Of a stretch of DNA of 32,839 nt, positions 22,406-31,853 are shown one piece after another; within the stretch, counting starts at the first letter, position 1; every line of letters starts with the position of its first letter. Under the pieces are notes generated by a model. It was given only the letters and a program-made list of their open reading frames with translations, was not told the DNA's origin and did no database searches. Position numbers and translations under genes: made by a program. Source of the DNA: a virus; IMG/VR virus record IMGVR_UViG_3300009515_000014, positions 1 to 32,839 of that record; one strand, given 5' to 3'.

Positions 22406-23821
22406 ATGTCTGAAGCAAAGGGATCACCAACGCTAATAGAGTTCGATCCAACGATCATTCCCTATCAATACGAGGTAATCAAAAGTGTTAGGAAAACATT
22501 CGATTATTCAATCGGCACTCATGAAATTCTTCTCAGCGGTAGCGTGGGTTCTGCTAAATCTATTCTTATGGCTCACGTCGCTGTCACTCATTGCCTTCTT
22601 AATAGTGGTGCTTGTCTTGGTATCGGTCGTCGGGCTATGCCTGATCTCAAAGACACTATATTCAGAGATATATGCGATCATATCCAAAGCGATCTCGTGG
22701 AAGGAAAAGACTTCGAGATTAATGAGACTAGAGCCTCTATTAAATTCCGTAACGGCAGCAAAATCGTCTCTCGATCATGGTCCGACAAAAAATACAAAAA
22801 ATGGCGCTCACTTAAACTTAGTGCGGCAATAGTAGAAGAGCTCACCGAGAACAACCTCGAAGACAAAGAAGCCTATGACGAGATGAAGATGCGCGTCGGG
22901 CGTGTCCCTGGAGTCACCGAGAACTTCATAATCTCTGCAACAAATCCAGACGACCCTTCTCACTGGGCATATAAATATTGGGAGCTAGGCAGGAATAAGC
23001 CTTCAAAGAAAACAAGGCACGTCTACTATTCAGTAACAACAGATAACCCCTTCCTTCCTCCACAGTACATATCGCAACTCGAAGAAGACCTTGATCCACT
23101 CATGGCGCAAAGGATGATACACGGTAGATGGATACGAATATCAGGTGAAACCATCTATCACCAATACACCAAAGAGCATAACTTCAGAGACGAGAAGTAC
23201 GTCGTCAACCAACGCGAACCTGTTCATATCTCCTTTGACTTTAACATCGGTGAAGGCAAACCCATGTCGTGCGTCCTATCGCAATTCATCGGAGGCTCGT
23301 TTCACTTCTTCAACGAAGTCATTGTCCACGGAGCGAGAACTCAAGACATCATGGAAGAACTCGCAAACAGAGAATTACTTGAGTATGACACGAAGTATTA
23401 TATCTTTGGAGATGCGACGGGCAAGTCTAGGGATACTCGTTCGAAGTTATCTGACTATGATATCATCCGAGACTTTTTGACGAAGTATCAACAAAAGCCA
23501 CTCAGGCAAGGCGGGTCATATAGAAGGCTGAACTTTCAGCAGAGAGTTCCACTAGCTAACCCGCCGATAAGGCTAAGGCATAACACGGTCAACTCATACA
23601 TGAAGAACGCCAAAGGACAGCACAGGCTCTTTGTTTATAAAGATGCCCCAACGCTTGACGAAGGCTTCTCTTTGACTAAACTTATGAAGAATGGAAACTA
23701 CATTGAAGACGATGGACCATCATGCCCCTACCAACACTGTACAACTGCGGCGGGCTATAATATAATCACACACGTTGAGCAGATAAGAAATCACACACCG
23801 GTGCGCATGCTCAACCGCTAA
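22406..23821 (+). CDS. terL: Terminase large subunit
   Basis: 471 aa; deviant Walker A LLSGSVGSAKS, Walker B-like AAIVEEL, C-terminal nuclease-like half; followed by portal. Confidence 0.9.
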   Translation: MSEAKGSPTLIEFDPTIIPYQYEVIKSVRKTFDYSIGTHEILLSGSVGSAKSILMAHVAVTHCLLNSGACLGIGRRAMPDLKDTIFRDICDHIQSDLVEGKDFEINETRASIKFRNGSKIVSRSWSDKKYKKWRSLKLSAAIVEELTENNLEDKEAYDEMKMRVGRVPGVTENFIISATNPDDPSHWAYKYWELGRNKPSKKTRHVYYSVTTDNPFLPPQYISQLEEDLDPLMAQRMIHGRWIRISGETIYHQYTKEHNFRDEKYVVNQREPVHISFDFNIGEGKPMSCVLSQFIGGSFHFFNEVIVHGARTQDIMEELANRELLEYDTKYYIFGDATGKSRDTRSKLSDYDIIRDFLTKYQQKPLRQGGSYRRLNFQQRVPLANPPIRLRHNTVNSYMKNAKGQHRLFVYKDAPTLDEGFSLTKLMKNGNYIEDDGPSCPYQHCTTAAGYNIITHVEQIRNHTPVRMLNR

Positions 23822-23841
23822 ACACAGAAGGAGCCAAGGAT

Positions 23842-25617
23842 ATGGCGAACCCCGACCTATTAGACCCGAACTTCCGTTCGACTTTTATTCAGAGCATAGA
23901 CAACAATGAAGAAAATCTAGAAAGAAAGCGCGAGACACAAAGGCGCTTTGATGTCTACAGAGACAGACAAGGCCCATACATAGAAGAGAAACTGCGATCA
24001 GAGTACACCGAGAAAACAGTGTCGGAGATGCGCAAATGCTTATCGATCAATATCTCTAAGAAGATTATCGACGAGCAATCAAGCATCTATAAGCAGGAGC
24101 CAATAAGAGAGTTCACCAACGCCAGCGAAAAAGAGCTCAAACAGCTAGAGAATCTCTACTCAATCAATAAGGTGAATCAAAACCTACATCAAGCAAATCG
24201 TTGGTATAAGCTATTCAATCAAGCTGCGCTCATGGTAGTTCCACAGAACAATAAAATGATGGTCAGAGCACTTTGGCCAGGACAATACGACGTCATTCCT
24301 GACGAGACAAACCCAGAGGAAGCTTTTTGCTACGTCCTGAACGTCTGGGATTTCGATCTACATAAGACTATCAGAGAACCGTCGAAGCTAATCGATAAGA
24401 GATACAACGGGCAATCGGATAGAATCAATCAGAAGGCAGCCGACGACGACGACAGAAAGGCACTCACTCAAAGATATGTGTGGTGGACTAATGATCTCCA
24501 CTTCGTAACAGACGGCAACGGGACCTTGGTAAGTAATCCTGAAGACGTATCGAACCCTATCGGCCGTCTACCATTCATCGACATAGCTACAGAGAAAGAC
24601 TTTCAATACTTTGTTAGACGTGGACAAAATGTCACAGAGTTTAGCCTAGAGTTAGGAGTCGGGCTGAGTGATGCTGAGAACACGGCAAGACTTCAAAACT
24701 ACAGCCAGGCGATAATCAAAGCAGAGAAGGCTCCGCAGGATTTGCTAATCGGACCGAACCGCGTTCTCTTTCTCCAGCTTGATCCGTCTCGTCCAGAACT
24801 TAGTCCTAGCTTTGAATTTGCATCTCCATCTGCTGACATCGCAGGAACTATGGACATGATCGAATCGAAGGTGAAGTTCTTCCTTTCTGCTGAAGGTCTA
24901 GACACGGATACAATAACAGGCAAAGGAGACAGTCGACAGTTTGCATCTGGCACTGATAGACTCTTAGCAATGCTTGATCGCTTTGAAGCAACACAAGCAG
25001 ACAGGGCTCTATTCAGAGAAGTAGAGATAGAGCTATTCGATCTCATGAGAGAATGGTCGAACCTAATGCAGACGGTTCAAGGCGAAGGTGCTTTTATTGA
25101 TAAGCTTAGAAACGGGAAGCTATCAGATAAGATCGAGCTGGGAGTGAAGTTTGCTGAGCCAGTTCCTGTCATGGGAAAGAGTGACATTATTGATAATGCT
25201 CTGAAGCAAATGGAAGCGGGCCTAATGTCTAGGGTTGAAGGCATTGCAGACATAAGAGAAGTTAGTGATGAAAGAGCCCTAGAGATCATAGAAGAAATCG
25301 ACAAAGACTTAGGTCTAGGTCAAGAATCAACCCCAGGGGTAGAGGCAGTGCCAGGCACGGGAACTCCTTCAACGGTCGGCGGCGATACTATACAAGATAT
25401 CTCGCTCAACGGTGCGCAGGTGTCATCACTTGTCACGGTGGTCGAGAAGGCAGCGTCTGGGCTCATACCTAGACAAACGGCTGTAGAGATCATTGAAGCG
25501 GCATTCCCTGTGAACAGACAAAAAGCTGAAGCTATCGTCGGAGCCATTGGCAAAGGTTTTGCGCAAACGCCTGAAGAAGTAGAGCCGAAGGGAGTGTCTG
25601 ACTTTGTCGAAGCCTGA
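23842..25617 (+). CDS. Portal protein
   Basis: 591 aa, immediately after terL, SD AAGGAG; size and position. Confidence 0.75.
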   Translation: MANPDLLDPNFRSTFIQSIDNNEENLERKRETQRRFDVYRDRQGPYIEEKLRSEYTEKTVSEMRKCLSINISKKIIDEQSSIYKQEPIREFTNASEKELKQLENLYSINKVNQNLHQANRWYKLFNQAALMVVPQNNKMMVRALWPGQYDVIPDETNPEEAFCYVLNVWDFDLHKTIREPSKLIDKRYNGQSDRINQKAADDDDRKALTQRYVWWTNDLHFVTDGNGTLVSNPEDVSNPIGRLPFIDIATEKDFQYFVRRGQNVTEFSLELGVGLSDAENTARLQNYSQAIIKAEKAPQDLLIGPNRVLFLQLDPSRPELSPSFEFASPSADIAGTMDMIESKVKFFLSAEGLDTDTITGKGDSRQFASGTDRLLAMLDRFEATQADRALFREVEIELFDLMREWSNLMQTVQGEGAFIDKLRNGKLSDKIELGVKFAEPVPVMGKSDIIDNALKQMEAGLMSRVEGIADIREVSDERALEIIEEIDKDLGLGQESTPGVEAVPGTGTPSTVGGDTIQDISLNGAQVSSLVTVVEKAASGLIPRQTAVEIIEAAFPVNRQKAEAIVGAIGKGFAQTPEEVEPKGVSDFVEA

Positions 25618-26122
25618 CATAGACAAGGACCTGATTCAGCAGACGATTGATCTGGAGGAAGCTCTAGGGGTATCTCTCAGGGGAAAGAAAGCACTGAGAG
25701 AACGCTTCGGTCAGGCGCTGATTGATAAGATGATCGCTAGAGTAGAGAAAGGCGTAGGCTTTCGATCGGCGAAGCTGCACTCTCCGTATTCCGATGAATA
25801 TCTAAAATCGGATGAAGCTAAGGCAGCAGGGAAGAAGTCTTCGCCAATCAATATGACCCTCAATGGTGACATGCTAGGAACTCTCGACATCAAGAAACAG
25901 ACTTCAGACTCCATCACACTTGGATGGAAAGGCGGAGCTGGTAACATTCAGAACAAGAAAGCCTATGCTCATCAAGTAGGCAGAACTGGCGATTCATCGG
26001 TGACAGTTCCCAAACGTCCTTTCTTTGGCCTGACGAATAAGGAGATCGCAGAAGTTCGAAAAGAGTTCGCCTCTGAACTCAGAGAAATCATGCGAAAACA
26101 AAAGAAGAAAGGCGGAGGGTAA
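25604..26122 (+). CDS. Virion morphogenesis protein (Mu G / P2 S family-like)
   Basis: TTG start with GGGAG SD; NGDMLGTLDIKK...ITLGW...KKAYAHQVGR...VPKRPFFGLTNKEI matches the family blocks. Confidence 0.6.
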   Translation: MSKPDIDKDLIQQTIDLEEALGVSLRGKKALRERFGQALIDKMIARVEKGVGFRSAKLHSPYSDEYLKSDEAKAAGKKSSPINMTLNGDMLGTLDIKKQTSDSITLGWKGGAGNIQNKKAYAHQVGRTGDSSVTVPKRPFFGLTNKEIAEVRKEFASELREIMRKQKKKGGG

Positions 26123-26686
26123 GTGGCGGGAAAAGTTAAAGTCAAAGGACTAGCTAGACTCAACGCTAGGTTGAAGCGGGCGCTCAGCACAAAGAACAAA
26201 CCACTGCTAGATGAAATCGGAGTCTTCACACTCAATAGAATTCAAACGTTCACACGAGCAGGAAAATCAATCGCAGGGAGAAAGCCCAAAGGATTCAAAG
26301 GGCTTTCCTCCAGCTATAAGGCATTCAGGAAAGGACTTGTGTTTTTCTTCATGGATGATCAAGGCCAATTACGCAAAGTGCCAAAGAGATCTAAGGCATT
26401 GGCTAATGTAGACAAGACATACTTCAAGCCCACAAAGTCGAACTTGACGTTCACGGGTCAGATGATCAAGTCTCTAACTTTCAAGACAACCGTCACAAAG
26501 TCTTCGGTGGCTGTCTTCCCTAAAGGAAGAAGGAAGGGGTCGAAGTTATCGAATAAGAAAGTCGCTGAATTCGTTTCGGCCAACGGCAGGCCTTTCATTG
26601 GAATTGATACGGAAGGTATAAAAGTAACAGTGAACATGATAAAACGCTTCTATCGTCGACAATTAAAGCGCGAGGGGTTGCGTTAA
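26123..26686 (+). CDS. Second morphogenesis protein, apparent distant paralogue of the upstream gene
   Basis: GTG start after GGAGG; FTGQMIKSLTFK...VAVFPKG...NGRPFIGIDTEGI parallels the upstream protein motifs. Confidence 0.5.
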   Translation: MAGKVKVKGLARLNARLKRALSTKNKPLLDEIGVFTLNRIQTFTRAGKSIAGRKPKGFKGLSSSYKAFRKGLVFFFMDDQGQLRKVPKRSKALANVDKTYFKPTKSNLTFTGQMIKSLTFKTTVTKSSVAVFPKGRRKGSKLSNKKVAEFVSANGRPFIGIDTEGIKVTVNMIKRFYRRQLKREGLR

Positions 26687-26706
26687 CACACAAAGGAGAA
26701 TAAAAT

Positions 26707-27351
26707 ATGGATCAAGTAGAAAAAGGCAGCGGGGCTGCGCCGGAAGATGGAAGCGGGACTTTCACGACGGAACCTGACTCAATCACTAGCGGGACTAGCG
26801 ATAAACAGTTTGTGAGACGAGAGACACATTCTCGCGCTGTTACTGAGGCAAAGCGATTCAAAGAAGAAGCAAGGGAAAAGGCTAATCAACTAGACGATGC
26901 CCTAGCTAAACTTTCTGAGATAGAAAACGCTAACCTCCAACAGCAGGGAAAGTTCAAAGAGTTAGCTGAACGCGAAAGCAAAGAAAAGCAGGAGCTAAAG
27001 CAGAAACTCAACACAGCCGTTGCAAACTTCGCAAGGGGGAAAGCAATGGACGTGATCGTCGATGAAGCTGTGAAAATGGGTGTGACATCTACTAAGCTGT
27101 TGAAGAAATGCGTTGAAGACGAACTTGAAACTTTAGACTATGACAACGAATTCAATCCAAACCGAGATCAGGTAAAAGAAATGCTTGAACGACTCAGAAC
27201 AGAAGAATCAGTCCTTTTCAACACGGCTAAGCCCAATGTGGCTAACCATGTTATCAGAACAGGGAACATGACTTCTAAGGCTTTGGACACTGACAATATG
27301 TCAAAGGATGAGTTGCTGGCTGCGGTGAAAAAGTACGATTCACTTATCTAA
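26707..27351 (+). CDS. Scaffolding protein
   Basis: 214 aa, charged coiled-coil core, directly upstream of the capsid gene; no protease gene present. Confidence 0.7.
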   Translation: MDQVEKGSGAAPEDGSGTFTTEPDSITSGTSDKQFVRRETHSRAVTEAKRFKEEAREKANQLDDALAKLSEIENANLQQQGKFKELAERESKEKQELKQKLNTAVANFARGKAMDVIVDEAVKMGVTSTKLLKKCVEDELETLDYDNEFNPNRDQVKEMLERLRTEESVLFNTAKPNVANHVIRTGNMTSKALDTDNMSKDELLAAVKKYDSLI

Positions 27352-27369
27352 TCATTAAAGGAGAATATC

Positions 27370-28221
27370 ATGGCTGATGCAATCACAGGGACCACAGAAC
27401 TGGTCGCAACAAAACAGGATCTCGTATCCCAATTAGTACAAAAAGAACTTCGTGAAGCAGTAACTTTGCTTCCTACTATTTCTGACTTCTCAGCAATGGC
27501 AGTGCCAGGCGCTAAGCAATTGAACATTCCAAAGCTTGATGCCTTCACAGTTATTGATCGAGTTAGTGCAGCGGCTGGAGACGCCACAGTGTTGACGTCT
27601 TCTACTGACGACCTAGCCCTAGACAAGAATGCTTTCGTTTCTTGGATCATTGATTCATTTGACGAAATCCAGTCTAACATCAACGCTCAGCTAGAGTTCG
27701 CACGACGTGCAGCTTCTGCTCAAGGCCGTTATGTAGACGCACAGATTGTCACTGAAATGGAGACAGTCGGGGAAGCCACTACTACTGCTGGAACTATCTC
27801 TAGAGATATCGTTCTAGAAATGCGCGAGACTCTACTCACTCGTAATGCCAATAAGGATCAGTTGTTCTTAGCTGTACCGCCTGCACAAGAAGCTGCGCTC
27901 CTAAAGATCGCAGAGTTTTCTAGTTCAGACGTCTACGGTGCTGCTGTTATTCCTTCTGGCTTTATTGGTCGAGTCTTTGGTGTGAACCTAGTTCTCAACA
28001 ACCAATTGGGAGCTACTCAATACTTCATGTATGACAAAGATGGAATCGCCATTGCATTCCAACAACGTCCTAACATGGCTTCCGAGTCTGATATCAAGTA
28101 CGGTTCAAAAGCAATGCGCTTTGTGCTCGATCAGATCTTCGGATTGAAAGGTATGCAGTTAGGTGTCAACGGTGTTGGCGGAACTGAATCTGCTCTAGTA
28201 GTTAAAGACAACAACGTCTAA
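27370..28221 (+). CDS. Major capsid protein (HK97 fold)
   Basis: 283 aa, strong SD AAAGGAG, after the scaffold; N-terminal LVSQLVQKELREAVTLLPTI and overall pattern typical of Phage_capsid family. Confidence 0.85.
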   Translation: MADAITGTTELVATKQDLVSQLVQKELREAVTLLPTISDFSAMAVPGAKQLNIPKLDAFTVIDRVSAAAGDATVLTSSTDDLALDKNAFVSWIIDSFDEIQSNINAQLEFARRAASAQGRYVDAQIVTEMETVGEATTTAGTISRDIVLEMRETLLTRNANKDQLFLAVPPAQEAALLKIAEFSSSDVYGAAVIPSGFIGRVFGVNLVLNNQLGATQYFMYDKDGIAIAFQQRPNMASESDIKYGSKAMRFVLDQIFGLKGMQLGVNGVGGTESALVVKDNNV

Positions 28222-28227
28222 TAGGCG

Positions 28228-28455
28228 ATGTCACTACCAAGTAGTACGACTATTCCAAACTTTGTGCGAGCGCGGACCCCTCTGGGTCTGCGCCGTGCTA
28301 TGCTTCTATATCAATCAAAGAACTTCACCTTCAACAGAATACAAGCAATCGTCTTCAATGAGAAAGAAGGCTTTTGGTATTGTTGGTTCGTTGCTGACCT
28401 GAAAAACGATGATCCGATCTTCAATGAATCGGTGCCAAAAGAAGGTGGTAGCTAG
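28228..28455 (+). CDS. Hypothetical 75-aa head-module protein
   Basis: ORF directly after the capsid gene. Confidence 0.5.
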   Translation: MSLPSSTTIPNFVRARTPLGLRRAMLLYQSKNFTFNRIQAIVFNEKEGFWYCWFVADLKNDDPIFNESVPKEGGS

Positions 28456-29204
28456 TGGCACTTAGAAACGATCGCGAACTCAGAGAATACGATAAGTTCA
28501 AGGCCGACACGGCAGGCGATACCGCTGTCAGAACCTGCGTCACTGAAGGCACGATCAATGCTATTCCAGACGGACCGATACAAATCGGCGTTGATGGAAC
28601 CGCAACAGATGTAAACATAGACACAGGAACTCCAGCGAATACCGTATCTGTGCCCGTGGTTCTTACTGGTTCAAGTGGTCCTGTAAATATAACCGCCGGT
28701 GATCTAAATGTGCAGCTCAGCCACTTGGGCGCGAACTTCGATTCAACTCGCATAGGCGACGGAACAGAGACAGCTTCCGTCAATACTTCAAACGAACTCA
28801 ACGTCAGAGACGACGACGCCAACACAACACTAACAGGAATACTCTCAGCCCTAGGCGGAGGCTCGGGAGAGGTAACTAATACCTTCGGACTAGTGACAAG
28901 TGTTGCTGCCTCTACCTCGACTTCGGTCGTGTCGTTCACTGTCCCTGTGGGAAAAGAGTTCTTCTTACAACACATCGAAGCGAGTGGAACAAACATAGCT
29001 CAGTATGATGTCTTCATGGACGCTGCGCGTATAGCAAGGAAAAGAACCTTCTTCGGTGGAGCATTCAACACTGAGTTTTTCTTTGTACAAACAAACAATA
29101 AAGGCTTGAAGTTTATAGCAGGCGAGAAGGTAGAATTGAAAGTTGAACATTTTCGCTCGATGGTTGGCGATTTTGAGGGTAGAATAGTGGGGATCTTAGA
29201 ATGA
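28455..29204 (+). CDS. Beta-rich acidic virion protein 1 (jelly-roll-like C-terminus)
   Basis: TAGTG overlap start; Thr/Val/Asp/Gly-rich; FFLQHIEASGTNIAQYDVF ... FEGRIVGILE. Confidence 0.5.
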   Translation: MALRNDRELREYDKFKADTAGDTAVRTCVTEGTINAIPDGPIQIGVDGTATDVNIDTGTPANTVSVPVVLTGSSGPVNITAGDLNVQLSHLGANFDSTRIGDGTETASVNTSNELNVRDDDANTTLTGILSALGGGSGEVTNTFGLVTSVAASTSTSVVSFTVPVGKEFFLQHIEASGTNIAQYDVFMDAARIARKRTFFGGAFNTEFFFVQTNNKGLKFIAGEKVELKVEHFRSMVGDFEGRIVGILE

Positions 29205-29377
29205 TGAGCAAAGAGAAAAAGAAAATGATGGTTCAAAAGATCAAGGCAGAAGCTGCTATGATGGAACTTGAATATAAGATAATGGAGCGCGAAGATGAAA
29301 TTGAGCGCATCAAGGATCATATAGGTAAACAAAAAGAAATAATCAAAGAAATGGAAAAACAAATCAGGGAGGAATAA
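29201..29377 (+). CDS. Unannotated 58-aa coiled-coil ORF
   Basis: ATG overlaps upstream TGA; MMSKEKKKMMVQKIKAEAAMMELEYKIMEREDEIERIKDHIGKQKEIIKEMEKQIREE. Confidence 0.45.
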   Translation: MMSKEKKKMMVQKIKAEAAMMELEYKIMEREDEIERIKDHIGKQKEIIKEMEKQIREE

Positions 29378-29380
29378 ACC

Positions 29381-30163
29381 ATGGCAGATTTTGAAAGTGG
29401 ATTGCCCATTCGCAGTGAAGCGGACGGCACCGACGAAAGAGTGCAAACAAAGATAGTAGATGCATCTTCACCCGATACGCAACAGATGGAGGTTGATACC
29501 GATGGTAACGCGCACGTTGAAGCGCATGGTAATAACCCAGCGGGTGGCGATGAAGTTCTAAGAATGTCAGAGCTCGGCTCTGCCTCTGTAGACGGTGTGT
29601 ACGATGGCACTAACAATAGTGACCCATCGCAAGTTGGCGTTGTTGGTATGGACCGCAACGCTTCACCTGCCGATAGCCAGCAAACTCTCAGAGTTACTGC
29701 TAAGGCCAATGCCGCTGGAGACGTAAGGGCTCTAGACATAGCCTTGCATGATGAAGACGGCGAGCCCTTCAGTGCTTCAAACCCTTTGCCCATTACAATG
29801 GAACAAAGCGAAGGCACTGAAATTCACGACTTTGATGAAGGTACGGCGATAGCCAAAGACGCGACCTCTACCCATGACTACAGTGTTGCCGACACAGTTG
29901 TTTTCACGCTCCACCAAGTTCTATCATCTGGCTCTGGCAAAATGAAAGTGGAAATTCAAGTAGGCGATGGTGCAGCTTCTGAAGTTTTCGCGACTAAGGC
30001 AATTACTTTCAACTCAACTGCTGCCCCTCAGGCTGACGTTGCTTTGGCTGTTCCGATTGTTGTAACTGGAACTGCGAACACTACTACAGTGAGAGTGATT
30101 AGGACGAACTTGGACAACCAGCCTCAGGATTTGCACTCAACCATTATTGGAGTTGAAAACTAA
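29381..30163 (+). CDS. Beta-rich acidic virion protein 2 (jelly-roll-like C-terminus)
   Basis: SD AGGGAGGA; VFTLHQVLSSGSGKMKVEIQV ... LHSTIIGVEN parallels protein 1. Confidence 0.5.
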   Translation: MADFESGLPIRSEADGTDERVQTKIVDASSPDTQQMEVDTDGNAHVEAHGNNPAGGDEVLRMSELGSASVDGVYDGTNNSDPSQVGVVGMDRNASPADSQQTLRVTAKANAAGDVRALDIALHDEDGEPFSASNPLPITMEQSEGTEIHDFDEGTAIAKDATSTHDYSVADTVVFTLHQVLSSGSGKMKVEIQVGDGAASEVFATKAITFNSTAAPQADVALAVPIVVTGTANTTTVRVIRTNLDNQPQDLHSTIIGVEN

Positions 30164-30165
30164 GA

Positions 30166-31302
30166 ATGGGTGATATTGATTTAGATCAGGCAACACAGAC
30201 GATAAGGATCGCGGGCGACGATGAAGCACACGTCGCCGACGTGGTTCTAGAGGGTGGCACTAAGAAGTTGGCCGTCAAGGCTGACGTGACGGTGAACGAA
30301 ATTCTTGGCGCAGATCCGTTGCCTGATTCTTATTTTACTATTGATTTTGCTGGAGCCATTGGCGATACGGTTCGTGTTCAAGTTGCAGCGACCGCTAATG
30401 ATTCGACAAGTCCTGATAGGGATTTGCCGGCGGTTGATGTTACTTCAACACTGACGGCTACTGAGGCCGGCAATGAACAAGCTTTGGCTGATTTAATTGT
30501 TAGTGATCTTAATGCAGACACTAACTTTCAAAACGCTTTTTTAGAGGCATTTAGCATTGAAGAAGATGGCGACGATGGTAAGAGAGCCATTGTCCATGTT
30601 ACGTCTAAGATTTTCAGCTTAAATTCTGAGTTTGCCGAAAGGCCCAACAGTGGTGATTTCGCTGTAAGTGTTACGGGCACAACACTGGTTACAGTGGCTT
30701 TTGATACTTTCATATCTAGAGGCAAGCCCACTTCATTAGCCCGTGACCCACAAAACCCGCATAGACTTGGTATCTTGGGAATATCTGGTTCGGTTCGTGT
30801 TCGTGGTGAAAACGTATCTGATTTGTTTTTTAAAGATGCGGAGTTTGGCGGATCTAATGATTTAACCATAGACGGCCAAACGACTCCGACGACATTCTCA
30901 GTCAACGCTAATGCGGCAGGCGGCAAGGATATCTTTGTCGAGCAGTTAAAATTATTTGGCATTGATACAAACATTAAAGTGCAAAACTCTAAATTCATGG
31001 GTCAAAACTCAGCACTAACGAATGGAATTGTTGTCACAGTTACTTCGCTTGGAGAAGTTACCGTACTACCGACAATTATGAGCACGGCTGATTTTTTAGC
31101 CAGGTTTGGCACGACAGCGAGCGATAACAAAATTATAAATCAATCAGGCGGTGATTTTATCGAGGCTGTATTTAACTTTATTGCTAAAAACATTCTGGTT
31201 CAACTAAAGGCCGGAACTAGTGATAAAATTGAAATCTTAATACAAGATGATATTAGTGCGGTCACGTCATTAATTCTTGCGGTGGAGGGCTTTGAAGAAT
31301 GA
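30166..31302 (+). CDS. Beta-rich acidic virion protein 3 (378 aa)
   Basis: Same composition and operon; no recognised motif. Confidence 0.5.
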   Translation: MGDIDLDQATQTIRIAGDDEAHVADVVLEGGTKKLAVKADVTVNEILGADPLPDSYFTIDFAGAIGDTVRVQVAATANDSTSPDRDLPAVDVTSTLTATEAGNEQALADLIVSDLNADTNFQNAFLEAFSIEEDGDDGKRAIVHVTSKIFSLNSEFAERPNSGDFAVSVTGTTLVTVAFDTFISRGKPTSLARDPQNPHRLGILGISGSVRVRGENVSDLFFKDAEFGGSNDLTIDGQTTPTTFSVNANAAGGKDIFVEQLKLFGIDTNIKVQNSKFMGQNSALTNGIVVTVTSLGEVTVLPTIMSTADFLARFGTTASDNKIINQSGGDFIEAVFNFIAKNILVQLKAGTSDKIEILIQDDISAVTSLILAVEGFEE

Positions 31303-31853
31303 GTTTTTTACCAGAAAGAAGTGCAGACGGATCACTTTTACTCAGGGCTCAATATGCCACTCCGGGGTGGACATATCAGCTTAGAGTTTTCGAGTTTGAA
31401 ACGAGTGTTCTTAATTCTCTATACAATAAAGATGCGGCGGGCTCAGACATAGGAGACGTAACGTTCAAATTGTACGATAGCTCCGATGTGGAAATCACAG
31501 TGCAGGCAACGGCTGACGCTCAGTGCGTGAAGACAGTTGTCGACTGGGAGCCAACGCATGATTATGAAATAGTAGGTGGTAAGATTTTAGCAAAGACAAC
31601 TCCAGGCGTAGACATGAGACTATATGTCATTGGAGTTCCAGATGTTCCAGCGGGCAGCGGTGGATCTAAAGCAATGGTCAGTGGCGCTAACTTATCTTAC
31701 CCGAATGATAAGATGGTGATAGCAGACGGCAGGGCTTCGAAGTATATGAAGTATGACGACACTTATCACACGAACAAGCTAAGATTTATATTGATTCATC
31801 CAGCAGGTGCCAAGTGCAAAATGGCATGCATGAAGGATATATTCAAAGCATGA
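31299..31853 (+). CDS. Beta-rich virion protein 4 (184 aa)
   Basis: ATGA overlap start; no recognised motif. Confidence 0.5.
   Translation: MSFLPERSADGSLLLRAQYATPGWTYQLRVFEFETSVLNSLYNKDAAGSDIGDVTFKLYDSSDVEITVQATADAQCVKTVVDWEPTHDYEIVGGKILAKTTPGVDMRLYVIGVPDVPAGSGGSKAMVSGANLSYPNDKMVIADGRASKYMKYDDTYHTNKLRFILIHPAGAKCKMACMKDIFKA

Noticed and set aside
22485-23480. Alternative-frame ORFs inside terL (22485..22832, 22678..22866, 23145..23480)
   Set aside because: They are nested in a 471-aa terminase gene with recognisable ATPase motifs, so they are shadow ORFs.
28421-30998. Long antisense ORFs (191, 148, 166 and 156 aa) opposite the beta-rich virion genes
   Set aside because: They are striking in length, but the sense genes use few TTA/CTA/TCA codons, which keeps the antisense frame open. 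The translations are Ser/Pro/Cys-rich, lack SDs and run against a tightly coupled operon.
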